A program made the translations under genes and the position numbers. This document shows positions 25,601 to 38,300 of a stretch of DNA of 64,000 bases, one piece after another. Origin of the DNA: Balanoglossus misakiensis (taxonomy: Eukaryota; Animalia; Hemichordata); the NCBI GenBank assembly GCA_040954595.2, contig CM082589.2, positions 858,690 to 922,689 on the forward strand, given 5' to 3'. A model generated the notes under the pieces. That model saw nothing but the letters and a program-made list of their open reading frames with translations. It was not told the DNA's origin and ran no database searches. Positions within the stretch are counted from its first letter, which is position 1. Every line of letters starts with the position of its first letter.

Positions 25601-28600
25601 CGCTACTATATGGTTTCACGATTGACTGTCGAAAGACGAGGGACAGTTTTCCGCCGTAAATTCGGGTGCCGCATTTTGATTTTGTGTCGTATGAGAATGG
25701 TATTGTCAACCTGAAAGTAAGAGCCTTGAAATTAAGATACAATAAGACAGTGGTCATATTTATGCGTGTGATGTGGTAATCAAATATTGATTGCGATACT
25801 CGCAATGCGGTACTTCTCTGAAAGTCTGACAAAAACAAGATGGCCGACTGCAGAACATCTGCCGTTTGGTGTACGCCTGCGCAGAAGACATTTCAAAGTA
25901 TGGATCATGACCAGTATTCGTGTCAATTGATCAGCGGTGGAGAGTCCTTATGATATGGATTAGCTCAGACTCAGACTTGTGACAAAAACGTGATGAATCG
26001 ATATGATCGACGAGTTATGTGGAGACATTAGTCGACTACTGGTGATTTCAGTTTCAAAAGTTGCTGTTCAAGGCAAAGCTCTTGGTATTTTTGTGGCAAG
26101 CATCAGAGTTTCTCGCACGAGAAAATCTTATTGAAAACATCACGCTCTCTTGCAGTGCATGCACAGAAAACGTGAAGATTGAAAGGTCATATTCGTGACG
26201 GAAGACATTGATACAAGTATTTATTTTTATCAAATCAAAGTCTAATAGCAAACTGGCGATCCCGATATCGATTCCACCGATATCTTACAATTTATTATTT
26301 TTTATCGTGGCAGGCAACCTTCTACTGTATATGCCACAATTACAGTTGTAGAATAAATGGTCATTGATTTCATGCCAAAATTTATTTCCTCTGTGCTATG
26401 AAAATTTTGATGTGAAATACCACTTATCTTTCCCTGACTGTACAAGGTGCCTGACATTCACTTGCTTACATCTAGGTCAATTTTAATCCCACATCACTTC
26501 GTACTATATTGATATATTCCCTATCATATCAGTTATCGTACAGGTAATCACCTTAGCAACCAAATTTATTGCTTGCTGCCTCTCGTAATTTTTATATTAC
26601 CTCACGTCGTCCTATTTTTCATTTTGATAGTTTTCGTTTTGGGATTTACAAATTTCTTACACATGTGTTATAATTTTGCATAAAACATGTCCGTGTCATG
26701 CGTGTGATATTTCAGGACTCATAGCGCGACTATGTCCATGACGTCACATTTACTTCAATACGAGACACGGGCGTATTTGGAAAATATTTTAGTCACTACA
26801 CTCTAATTTTAACTTACGTGTGAATTGTGACAGGGACATCACGTAGATGTAATTTGAAACTGAAATCAGATTTAAAGTTATCACGTGGTTTCAGAAATCT
26901 AAATCGAGATGCTTGTCATCACCAGAGTTCAGATTAAAACATTCTGTCGCGAGGTCTGCTGCTGGATTTTGTAATGGTACATGTCACTATCAATATCAAA
27001 CTAGAATCTACGTCATCATAAGGGTTCGTGAGGCAGATGCGTTTGTTTGTAACACAACATTCGTGCCTTCGACAAAGAAAAGATTACATTTCTGTATCAC
27101 TCTCTTTTCCAACAAGAAATTGAAGAGTCTGGACACGTTTCCATCAGCACAGAAATAGTCGAATCGTGACATTTATTATACTTGTGTGTACTGTAAAGTC
27201 CTTTTTTCAAAGCGACATGAAATTAACAAGTTCTACCATATCATCGCCTGTCGATATTATAATTTCAGAGTAGAAATTAAGGCGTGTTGGAGAATGTAAG
27301 GTCGCTCATTAGTGGTTCATGCAATAAGAAAAAAAATAAAACGAATCAAATGAAGCAATAACACGGGTCAAATTAAAATCAGTCGGAATTCTCAGAAATT
27401 GCGACAGTTTGCCGGATCTGAAACGTGGGAAAGAGACACATGACCAAGTAATGGTACATAATGATGCAAAATTATGCCCATTGAGGAGAGTGCAATAAAT
27501 GAAGGAAAACGCGGCATCAATTCTGGCGACACGAATTGTGTGCCAAATGGAGTGAAACCCTCAAAGAGATGTCATATATAGAACTTAACCCAAACGCAAA
27601 AACGTTGGCGTTTGATGGAATTCCATTGTTCGGTTCTGAGTTCAGTCCCAATGGAGGAAAGGGAAAGAGATTTCATTTTTCCACAAACATGTTAGGAATG
27701 ATTCAAGTTATCAATGTATTGAATGTTTCTCGGATGCTTGATCGATGTGCAGCTGTGTTGGAACCGTTGTACGCCGAACAATTGACCGCGCGCACTGATT
27801 GCAAACCATTCAACCTTACTACAAACCAAGCTAATTTTTTACAGTCGGTGGATGTATCGAATTTTCCGGAGTAAAAAGCCCTCTAGGCATCGAAATGTTG
27901 GTATGTCCATGATGCAAACATAACCGACATATCGATAAAGCAGTGATGGGAATGTGAAACAAATGGCGAAATGAAGTACTAGTGTACTTAATTTCCTTTC
28001 TATCTATTTATCACTGTTTGTCTCTATCTACCAGTGTCTGTCTGTCTGCCTGGTTGCCTTTGGAAACAATACATCGTCCGGTCCTCAAAACTTAACTAAG
28101 TTGTCCTGGTTAAATCCTCTCGAACCAGCCCCTGCGCGCAAACCCATAGATTGTGTGCGAATCTCAAAATCGTGCGGACCAATCACAGCGAGTGTTACGT
28201 ATCATCTTGGATACCACGGTAATCCAATATGGCGCCGGTTACCTGTTCTATGCTCACTTGGACTACGATTGTTTATTCGGAGTTGTGACTGTGGGGCTCA
28301 GTGACTGGGTGACCGTATGTAATTGATAATGATTTCTCGACTGTCAAACTGATGGAATGAAATACTACGGGCAGAAGTATGAAATTCCCGAGGGACGAAG
28401 AGCAAGATTAGGTGACTATGATCATTGAAAAAGAATTTCTGACTAAGGAAATGGCGAACTGATTAACTGAGATCATCTTGCTGACAGCGATGGCAAACTG
28501 TGGCACTTAAAGCATATGGCTGACACAAATTTGTCGACAGTGAACAGATGGAGCAATGATTGTGCTTTTGTGTTCATTATAGGTTAAGCGGGAAACCAGT

Positions 28601-31600
28601 TTGTGCTGTGAATCAAATTTGCAAAATGAGTTAGAGAAAAAAGTACTATGTGCTGAAAGTGGCACCACACTAACACATCATAAACGTTAACAGTATATCT
28701 ACTTTTAACTGCTGGAAGCCAAAAAACCGTCTTCATGATGTCATAAACTCATCAGCCGTGACGTCTGCGTGAATTGCATTGATTTCCCCGAAGCCTATAC
28801 GATGGAATATCGTTCAATGAAAACGACTGTAAAGATTAAGTTTCTCATTATTAAGTAAAGAAGAATTAAAGATGGATGAAATTTCAAGTACTCTGCTGGT
28901 CTGGATTTGGAAGTACGTGATAATCGCTATTAAATAGCACAGGTTAACTAAATATCAGAACGATTTGAAGATACCCGAGGCTTCGCCGGTTTTCAGAGAA
29001 GACAAAAGGAGACAAAATTTGACACGTCTGTTTCTTTTGTGTAATTACTGGAGAAAAGATACTCCTTGTACCCGAACTTTCGGTTCTCATGACACAATGC
29101 GTTGAAACTAAAGTCTTGGGCGCATAAAAACGGGGATGGGAGACTTTTAATGCGATGAGTCGCTCCGAAATTGTGTGTGTAAAACCACGTATATCCACAG
29201 TGATCAAGATGCTGAAATTACCACCTGGTGTTATTGAAGGCGGAAGTATCAGCGCTCTATTGGCTTTGATGCTACTTAGATTTAAATAATACAAGATGGG
29301 ATCGGAATTAAATCGATGTTGTCTAACGACCAGCAGAATGCAACGATTTGTGCAATTTAACAGGGGACTCGTTAAACACACCGTAGAAGCAAACTATTTG
29401 CCTGCTTTATTACTGCCGCATTAGAAAAACATACGAAGTCGAGGGGAACGGTAAATACAAGTAAGGATGGTGTATACACGAATGTATTCTCCGTATCGAT
29501 TTCTGTAAGTGAACTGAGACTCTTTTTGTATTCGGCGGTCTCGTCTCCCGTTGTATTGTTTCAATATCGTGAAGGATAAGACGAAGGGATGATGACTTTG
29601 GAAAGTTGATTACAACAACCCACAGAGACTCGTCAATCCCTCTCTAGTCATCTGGTCGTTACTTTCAAACTCAAGATTCTGTCTTCAATAAACCGATTGC
29701 GTTCCGTCGACTATCTGCTCCCATCTAAACAAGAAACACTAATGACTATGCTATTTGCTGTGATGGCAGCGAGATTTCGCAAATGCTCTCCAAATCAGAT
29801 TAAAGCGAGCTGGGCGAACAGAGTTCACCATCATCTCAGCGACCGACAACATTCCCAGTGGAAAGTGGCGGGAACTTATTGAGCAAACAATACAAATCCT
29901 GGAAAATGTTCTCCCGGGAAATTCACCGAGTATGCTTTTAAATCCTGGGGAAATGACCCTGAATTCCTTGCTAGAAAACCTGGCGAAATATGTTCTATTC
30001 AAGTGAACACCAGAGACACATTATTTCAACTTACGAAATGAATTGAACATAAGAACGCGACCAAAGTCTGAAATAAGATTCATTTTTCCCTCCACACTCC
30101 ATCAAATGCTTTCTGGCGAATACCTGGTATGCCATCAAAACCTAATGACTTATTTTCATGGCAAGTAGCATCTTAAACACCGATTTCACACTGACTGACT
30201 CGCAAAGCTTCCCAGCTTGCTAACTATTGGAACATTTTACAGTATATATTCTATAATTTATTTAAAACAAAAGTGGACTTAAAATAACTTCACATCACTT
30301 TACAGTGCTTGTGTTTTTGTCATGATCGCCCCTAGATTAAACTTTCAGTCGATTTCTTAAGTTCATGAAAACTGCATAATATCGATGGAAGATAAGTACA
30401 GATGCATTTGTTTATCCGGAGAGTGGCGTTAGGCAATGCAAACCAGATTCAAGAAACCTATTTGAAACCATTTTTCAATTGTTACTGAATCCCACCCGCA
30501 AGCTATGAATCGATTCAAGCCTGAAACGACTTATTAATTTATTGTTAGTGCATTCTTAAATCGCATCATGGAGTACACGGCATCAATAACATGTACGCTC
30601 TCAGGCTGTGTATGTCTGTCTGTCTGTCTATCTATCTAGCTGCCTACCTGTGTCTGTCCACAACTTGCACCTTAAGTCGATTCGCCTCATCATATTTTGT
30701 GGTAGTTTTAACGCGTTTCCATTAACATTTCTTACTCAACTGATGATATAAAACACATCAACTGAACATTTCAGTTTAACTTTAATCAAATATATCATTT
30801 TGTTTGGTTTATTGCATGTCTAAACGTAAATGCTACTTTACTGTCAATGGCATATATTTGATCAAGTCTTACGAGACACAGGAGTACAACAGAAACCCCG
30901 ATGAATTAAATATTTTATATTCTGGGAATTCCCTAACACCCTGGTAACTCGGGAACTAAAATATCTCCGTCGTTAAGGCGATTATGAGAGTATTTCCGTC
31001 CACTGAGACCGGTTTTTCTCAACACAATCGGGGTTAATCGACAGACACGTATTCGTGAATATTTGTAAAAAGACGGCTGAATTCAGAGCTGTAGTTCAGT
31101 TCGTGTAGATGTTTAATTGTAACTGATCGACGTGTTTGTCAATCAGCAAACAGTTAAGTATACAGCGTCGTTTATTTGCCAGTTATGCAGTTCCCCTACC
31201 TCGCTGGAATACGCGTTAAAATTGAAAGCTCCAGCAGGTCACATGCAAGTCAGAAACCGAAATCAGCTCTCATCAGTAAATGTCGTGATCATGTCTTCAT
31301 GAGAACCCAGGTCGACGATGACAACTGCCGTTCTTCTACATTTAATTTATTAAATTAACACATAGTGTATCAATAATTTAAGTGAGTCGCGGACAATCCG
31401 TACTGTCTACACATCAGAGCTGTGATGAGAATTAATCACAGTTACTTTGCACGCAAGTTTCCAGAACAAGTATTTATATGTAGTTTGTCTTGTAATGTGT
31501 CTAATACTGTCAATGAATGTTGATGTCTACGGAAAAGCTTATAGCTTGTATTTTCTGGGGAAACAAGGTCGATTGAAAGTTGATATACGTTCTTTTTTAT

Positions 31601-31970
31601 GCGTGTAGACGTGTTCAGCTGAATTAAGCCTGTTTTCCTCAAGTCCTTGTGTTTTACTCACTCGCTCACGTACACAGTCCAAGAATGTTGTAAACTGTAT
31701 GCCTGTAAATGGTTTTGGTCAAATGCAGTCTGAGAAGACAAGTAACTCTGGGCTTGGAAGTTACAATTCCTGACTGAACGACACGGAGAGAAACGGCTAC
31801 TCAAATTCTTGGTGGCGGAACTAGAACTTCCATAAGCTTACTTACAGAAGTTGACTTTCAACTTCAAGACATTTGAGTAGACATGATTATCTGTTGTGAC
31901 AACTGTCACCGCAATCGTGCTGAAAGGCTTTTAAAGAGAACTGAAATTGGTCAGAAGAGGTCAACTTTAC

Positions 31971-32303
31971 CTGGATGGCGTTGGTAACATTCCAGCCTGC
32001 GTCCCATGCTGATATGCTTCTGTTGGCGATTGGTTCGTTGCTGCTTTCCACTTTTTCTGTCGGTTTCTTGTCGTTTGGAATACCGCCGTTCATCTTCAAT
32101 CCATTCTCCGCCTCGTTGATATCTTCGACATCTTCTCCTTTCCCTTCATCGCTGAAAACTGTCAGTTCTGTTTTGTCGTGATGAGCAAAATGTAAACGTT
32201 CTTCATCATCACCTCTTCTGAACGGCAAATACCGACGGGCCGAGTTTCTGGCCTCGGCGAGGCGACGTGAAGCCACAGTGGCGGCACTGGTTACGGCGTG
32301 CAT
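31971..32303 (-). CDS. SLC32A1: VGAT coding exon 1 (111 codons, cytosolic N-terminus); intron 20138-31970 (11.8 kb)
   Basis: Ends ISAWDAGWNVTNAIQ|GTAAAG in phase 0 and joins exon 2 to give WNVTNAIQGMFV, the VGAT signature. Total 505 aa. Confidence 0.95.
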
Positions 32304-35300
32304 CTTGTGAAGTTTAGCGTTTATCTTCAGTCAGCAATCTTGTCTCAGCTTTAGCTTTCAGTCAACGCATGCCAAAACAAAGCTCCGCCCGAAGATAATC
32401 TTCAAGATTTGGAACGATCTGAAGGAGCAGAATGAGATGAAAAATGTCATGAGTGGAGTAATCAAGCAACGACCCCGAAGCCTGTACGAGCTATAGCACT
32501 TCTGGTTGTGAACTGTTACCATCAAATTCAGCGCTGAATGCTTGCAATCTGAACACGCGGCTATCCGTGAACATAAGCGTCATCAACATTGGTTGTACAT
32601 TCACTTCAAAGTCGCTCACTGGTATCACAGACAGCATGCAACTACCTCAGACACATATAATACTCTGCTCAGAGATTTAAACAAGCGATACCCATTATGG
32701 ATGAAACTGGTTGCCAGGGGAAACCGACCATGGGGGACACGCCTAGTCAATAGTCGATGGCTCCATGTGTAACTAGAGAGTTCCGCGGTCTACAGAACAA
32801 TTTTCGCCTTCAGTCACGTTTAAGTGCAAGCGTAAATCCGTGACGGTAATCACATGAGCTGAGTTGACCAATAAGAGCCACTCCAGTCGCTATCGATCAG
32901 TTTTTTAATATCAAGCAAGCTAGGGTGTTCAAACGAACAACAAAATCAATGGAACAGTCGATACAGCTGTTTTAATCACCAGAAAAAAACTTAATGACAA
33001 ACCGAATTATGGATGAATTACAAATAAAACGCATGAATACTTTCTGTTGGTTGGCTCCTCCCAAACGATCAACTAATTCCTCATCAATTAGGCAGACCAC
33101 AAAATGAAACAAATTTTGATACTGTACACCTGTTATTACAGCAATGTCATCTCAACATCAATTACGCTGCGGTTGGTTCTGCCGCCTCGTGTACTGGCAG
33201 ACGTGTTTACGAGCCTCTATTAGAAGAATCTAACGATATACGCGAAATTATGAAGTATCATTTCAAATATTATCATGATTCACATTTCTGTCTAACTCTA
33301 ATATACAGCCGTGCACTTTTTGTATAATTTCCGGCCAGGATGGCCAAATATTGTCATCTTTACGCATTTTCAAACCAAGCATCTTTCTTGTGGCTGTCGC
33401 GATCAGTAAATATAGACATTCTAGTATTCACTTTTGACTTTCAAAACCCACGGAGATCTCAAGACAAGAAAAAACATGATGGGTTATCAAGTAGTGTCCA
33501 CATTTTTGTCATTGACTGATAAACTGAAAGTGCATGTGGATGTATTAAAGGTCAGATCGAAAGGTTGCGATGAGTTGCGATAAAAAGTGATTATAATGCT
33601 TTCTTCCATGGAATAATCACCACCTATCTAAAATCTGTACAAAGTAACACAACACAACATGTTTCGTTAAAATATACAGGTTATTTGAAAAGGTTAGAGG
33701 CATGTACACGAGCTGGCAGACACCAAACGACCCGTTACTATAGTAGTATATGACCAGAAGACTCTTTGCAAAGTTTCAAGAAGATGCCAAAGATGTTTTT
33801 TGCTCGTCGATCCATGTGTGGTTGAAAGAGTCAGCCATGTAAAAAGCGAGTAAAGAAAGTATCCGCTTTCTAAACGTCTAATCACCGAACGATGGCGACC
33901 ACCGCTGGTTCCTCCCGGGAGAGTGGATTTACAAGCTCTGCCGAGATATGAATCATTTTTGGCGACTGATATGGGGTCGTGTGATGTCATCTAGTACAGT
34001 AATGTCATCTTAAGTATGCAGATTGAAGGCGGCGATAAGACGACGCTCTGTGCGGAGTCGCCACCAATACGCGGGAAATTCTCTCGGGACAGTCAAGTCT
34101 CTCCTTCATCCGGGCATTGCGTATCTACGAGACTCGAGTGGGGATTCAGAAGTCGTGGGTTGCTGCACTGTATCATATATTACCATTTGTTCATTTTGAT
34201 TACACATTGATCTAAGTTTTGCATCATTTTTGTACTACCGCGAAATTCATTTCTAGTGGCTAAATTTAACTTTTATCATGTATAGCGCATATGAAATATG
34301 CTGTGGTCAACTTTATATACATTTTGATAGGAAATCAAATTGTGATCAGAGAACAATGCACAATAAACTTTCAGTGACATATTCTATTTTCATAAATGTC
34401 AGATTGAGAATGATGAGTTTTCGTTGTGATAAATACTCTAAAGAAAGTTGTGTTCGTGCAAACTCTTCTTGGGGTGCACTGCTTGGAAAACATGTCTCAT
34501 TGTGTTTTTCCTCAATCCAGACATGGTCTTCTCAAGTCTGGAACATGTTGTACACGTACACTTGATCAGATTGTATATTAATTGAATCTGAACTAATGTA
34601 CATCGATTGTTTTAAAACCCCGTCTCATTAGTTATCAGTTTGTGTAGAATTAGAAAACGACGTACATAACCAAGAATAATGATTCTGAGATTCTAGATTC
34701 TAAACCACAATTTTACTCGCATTTTGCTATTATAAAACTAGTCGCTGGACAATGTGCTTTGCTACAGGCCATTACATGTATGGCATCGATGGTTCAAGTC
34801 TGATAGACAATTGCTTTGCATTTTAATCAAATTCGCCGTCGATGATTTCACTCGTTTGCCAGGATCACAGTCTACGTTTAATAACGACGTCATCAAATAT
34901 CGATTCCTTGCATTCTTTATCAAGCTTCAGGTTGAGCCACAAGACGTAAAAGTGTCCATAGCAGAGATACAGCTGTAGTTCCTTCATACATTGTAACTAC
35001 TTCTAACTCAACGGTGACATTTTAGACGCATGGCTCTCTCGAGATCGTGGATGAAAAATATGGAAACCGACGAGCGCGGAGACCAAGTATAAATAACAAC
35101 TCAATTAATAACAAAAGGTAATCCCTCGGGAACAATCGATACCTCCCCACTTGTTCATTTGGCTGGGGGCGAAATTCATATTCTTCTTTAGCAAGACAAA
35201 TATGCATTCAGTCACACCGAGGACGTTAAATAAACACAAAGGGCTCCCTAGTGAAGTGGGGGATTTGATGTTAAATGTTTTCTGCGGTTTTAAATATTGG

Positions 35301-38300
35301 CAAGCTAATGCAATAACCTCCAAGAATCAAACCAATGTATGCAATAGGCCACTTTCATGACCCACGAATGATCATACATCCGGGTATTTTGTTGGTATGA
35401 CATCATACATTAGTCAATTTGCATAAGTTAGATGAATTGCATATAAATGTTAAAATCGTGTTTATTCAAATAAAAAACTATTGAAATAAAATAAAATCGA
35501 TTTTATGACTATGGTAAAAAGTTGGATGTAGTGATTGAAATTTATAGAATAAAGTATTGATGATGGCAGATGTGTTGAGTCGATGATGACAATGAATTTC
35601 CTGGACTTTGTTGCTTTGGGATTATTCTATGCGAGGATGTGTCGATATGTTATAATCAAATTGATACACGCGAGGCGCATTCTTATTCTGCCATACGTGA
35701 TGGGGTGTATACTCATGTCCTCGTCCTCGACACAAAGTGTCGGCTACAGAAATGTGGGCGGACGACAAATACTGAACAGTAGTTCATCGATTCATTTTCC
35801 CGCTCAAAAAAGGCAGCTGTACCAATCTGAAGTGTTGCGCAAACACGGGATAATACACAATAACTGAGTGACAGATGTTGGCATTCTTTAGCTATTGGGA
35901 ATATTTCGTCTAACGGAAGTAATTTTTTTTTCGGGGGAGATGTTTTTATTTTCAGTCACGTCTGGAAAAACGCGCCTAATGAAGCCTGTATAGTGATGGC
36001 GCCCGGCCTAACGAGTGCTCCCCCTACAAGTATATTAGTCAGACAAAGGCGTTGTACACCTGAAAACACTGAATGCACGCAAGGGTAATTTGAAAAGTTG
36101 CAGAGATCTGGTACTTTTTGTCGTTGGTATCTGGGAGCCATGTTGGCATGCAAATTAATACATAACGCACAAAAAATTAATTTTCAAAAAGGAATTACGT
36201 TACACGTAGGCGTTTATAAATCCCGAATGATTATACTGGGAGAAGGTCGACGCAGTGGTAACGAGAATGTCAAGCTGGGAACGAGGTCGTGACTATAAGT
36301 TTGTGACCTGTGGCAATGTTTGAGCCGCCATTTTGAATGGGATCGCCATTCATGTTTGCCGCAAAAAACGATTCCCTGCTCAAGCTTTTATGGCGAAGTT
36401 CAATAAAAAAGAAATGTTTAAAATGATGCGATAATTTCCATCGCCATTAGCCTACCATTACGAGAGTATCACAAAATTCCCTGCGTGGTGTGGGAATAGG
36501 ACACTAACTCAAGAAATTGCTCGTAATCGGTATTTCGATACATATTGAATATAGAATGAATAATAAATGTAACGAAAATGTATTGACATTTTAAGAGGTC
36601 ACGGTATGCAAGTCATAAACCACGCTATATCTTAAAGAAATGCTTTAGTTCAGAAAAATTAAGCGTGCGCTTTCAAGAGACGTTTGCCGACTGATTTAAT
36701 TCACCAAGATTTTAAATAACATCATGGCAAGCTATTTTGATTATACGTATTCGGTAATGGGAACGAGGATTGTTTGTTGGCAAACGACTGTCATGACCAA
36801 AAGAATTTCTTATTATAATACGTGTTTGAGCGGAAATTTGTGAAATCGGAATCAGCGACGGAAAATCTGCATGTGTTACAAGAAGACCTGGCAATGGTAC
36901 TTTCTCGATTACCAGCTGTCAATCAACTTCCTGAGGTGAAAGGTCATTTCCGGTTATGAGTCGTTCCGCTTTGCTCCACTGATATCACGATCACTGTCTG
37001 TATCACGTGTCTACAGATCTCTTCCGTGGTTTCACCTGCGTATTCACTTCAAAGGGGCAGTCAAATTCTGACGTATGAAATCATTTTAAAATTAGACCAA
37101 AGATGGTAGCAGTATAAATTATCTGTGACATACGTTTAGGCAGATTAAGTTCCAGAGAGGGGCCAACTTGGAATGACTGTTTTAACTTGAAATTCAGAAC
37201 ATGTCTGGTGCCATCATGCATCACAAATGAAATCGACCTCACCTGAAATCTACCTCTTCCTGACAATAAATTCTCAAATCAGTGGAAAAAATCTCGTCTT
37301 AAATATATGTTCAACTCACAGGTATACAGATTGTTATCTTTTATTGGGTCTCAGTACTTGAAGGGACAGAAACAGACATAAAATCAATGCAAATAAGAAT
37401 ATTAAGTTAAATTTTGCAATATTCGACGACATTCCTTTACCTTTACGCATATGAATTTATTATACATATAAACATTTACCTCTCTATGTTTATATATAAA
37501 ATTAATTAGCTTTCATCATTTAGATTGAATAGATGAGGCACTTAAACAAAGACTGGTGATATTCGCCACTACAGAAAATTTGCCGACTTTTACTACGTAT
37601 CCCAAAAGAGGCGCGTTAATTTTACACTTGGAGAATGTAAGAACTCATGAATGTCTCTCGTAAAGCGGAGACATTCGTGAATGATATTGGGTTCACCGGA
37701 ACCGGAAGTCGTCCTCGAACCCGAGAAAAGTCGACAAAACCGTGAGCGTCTAAGAGAAGCCTTCAGAAGCACTCTCGAAACGATGAACGTATGTCTAGAG
37801 AGTCAAACTTAAAAGGATCGACATTTCTGATCCAATAACTGTCGCCCCATCACATCTTGTCTTTTCATTGTTCGATAACGAACCAGGTGGGTGACCCCGA
37901 CTGCATTAATGCACCTCAACGACCACCTCGTTAAGAGTGCAATTCTATTCTTTGTGAATTTTTCTACTCCTTCACAAGAAACCGTGGTGAAACTGCAGGC
38001 TGGATTTCTTAAATAAGGTTCACGAATATATTCTGTTTTAGTAATTAAAAAAAATTGATCAAACTTACCATAGTACAATGCGCTGCCTCAGCATTTCCAT
38101 AGTAACGCGGACTCTGCACTTTTGTGGGTTGATAACGGTTGATTAAATTATCCTGATATTCGTGTGTCTGTAATGAAAATTGCAGTGTAAGACTTTTATC
38201 AAGTGAATAATAACTTATTCGCGACTTTGCGATCCCAAGACACTGAAGTTATAGAAAACAGCAGCGCTGGGGGCGTATTTGTCATGAGGACATCATGGCC

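Noticed and set aside
31840-31845. GTAAGT downstream of VGAT exon 1 as an alternative 'poison' donor
   Set aside because: Weak exonic context (TCT|GT) and the hexamer is common; no supporting evidence.
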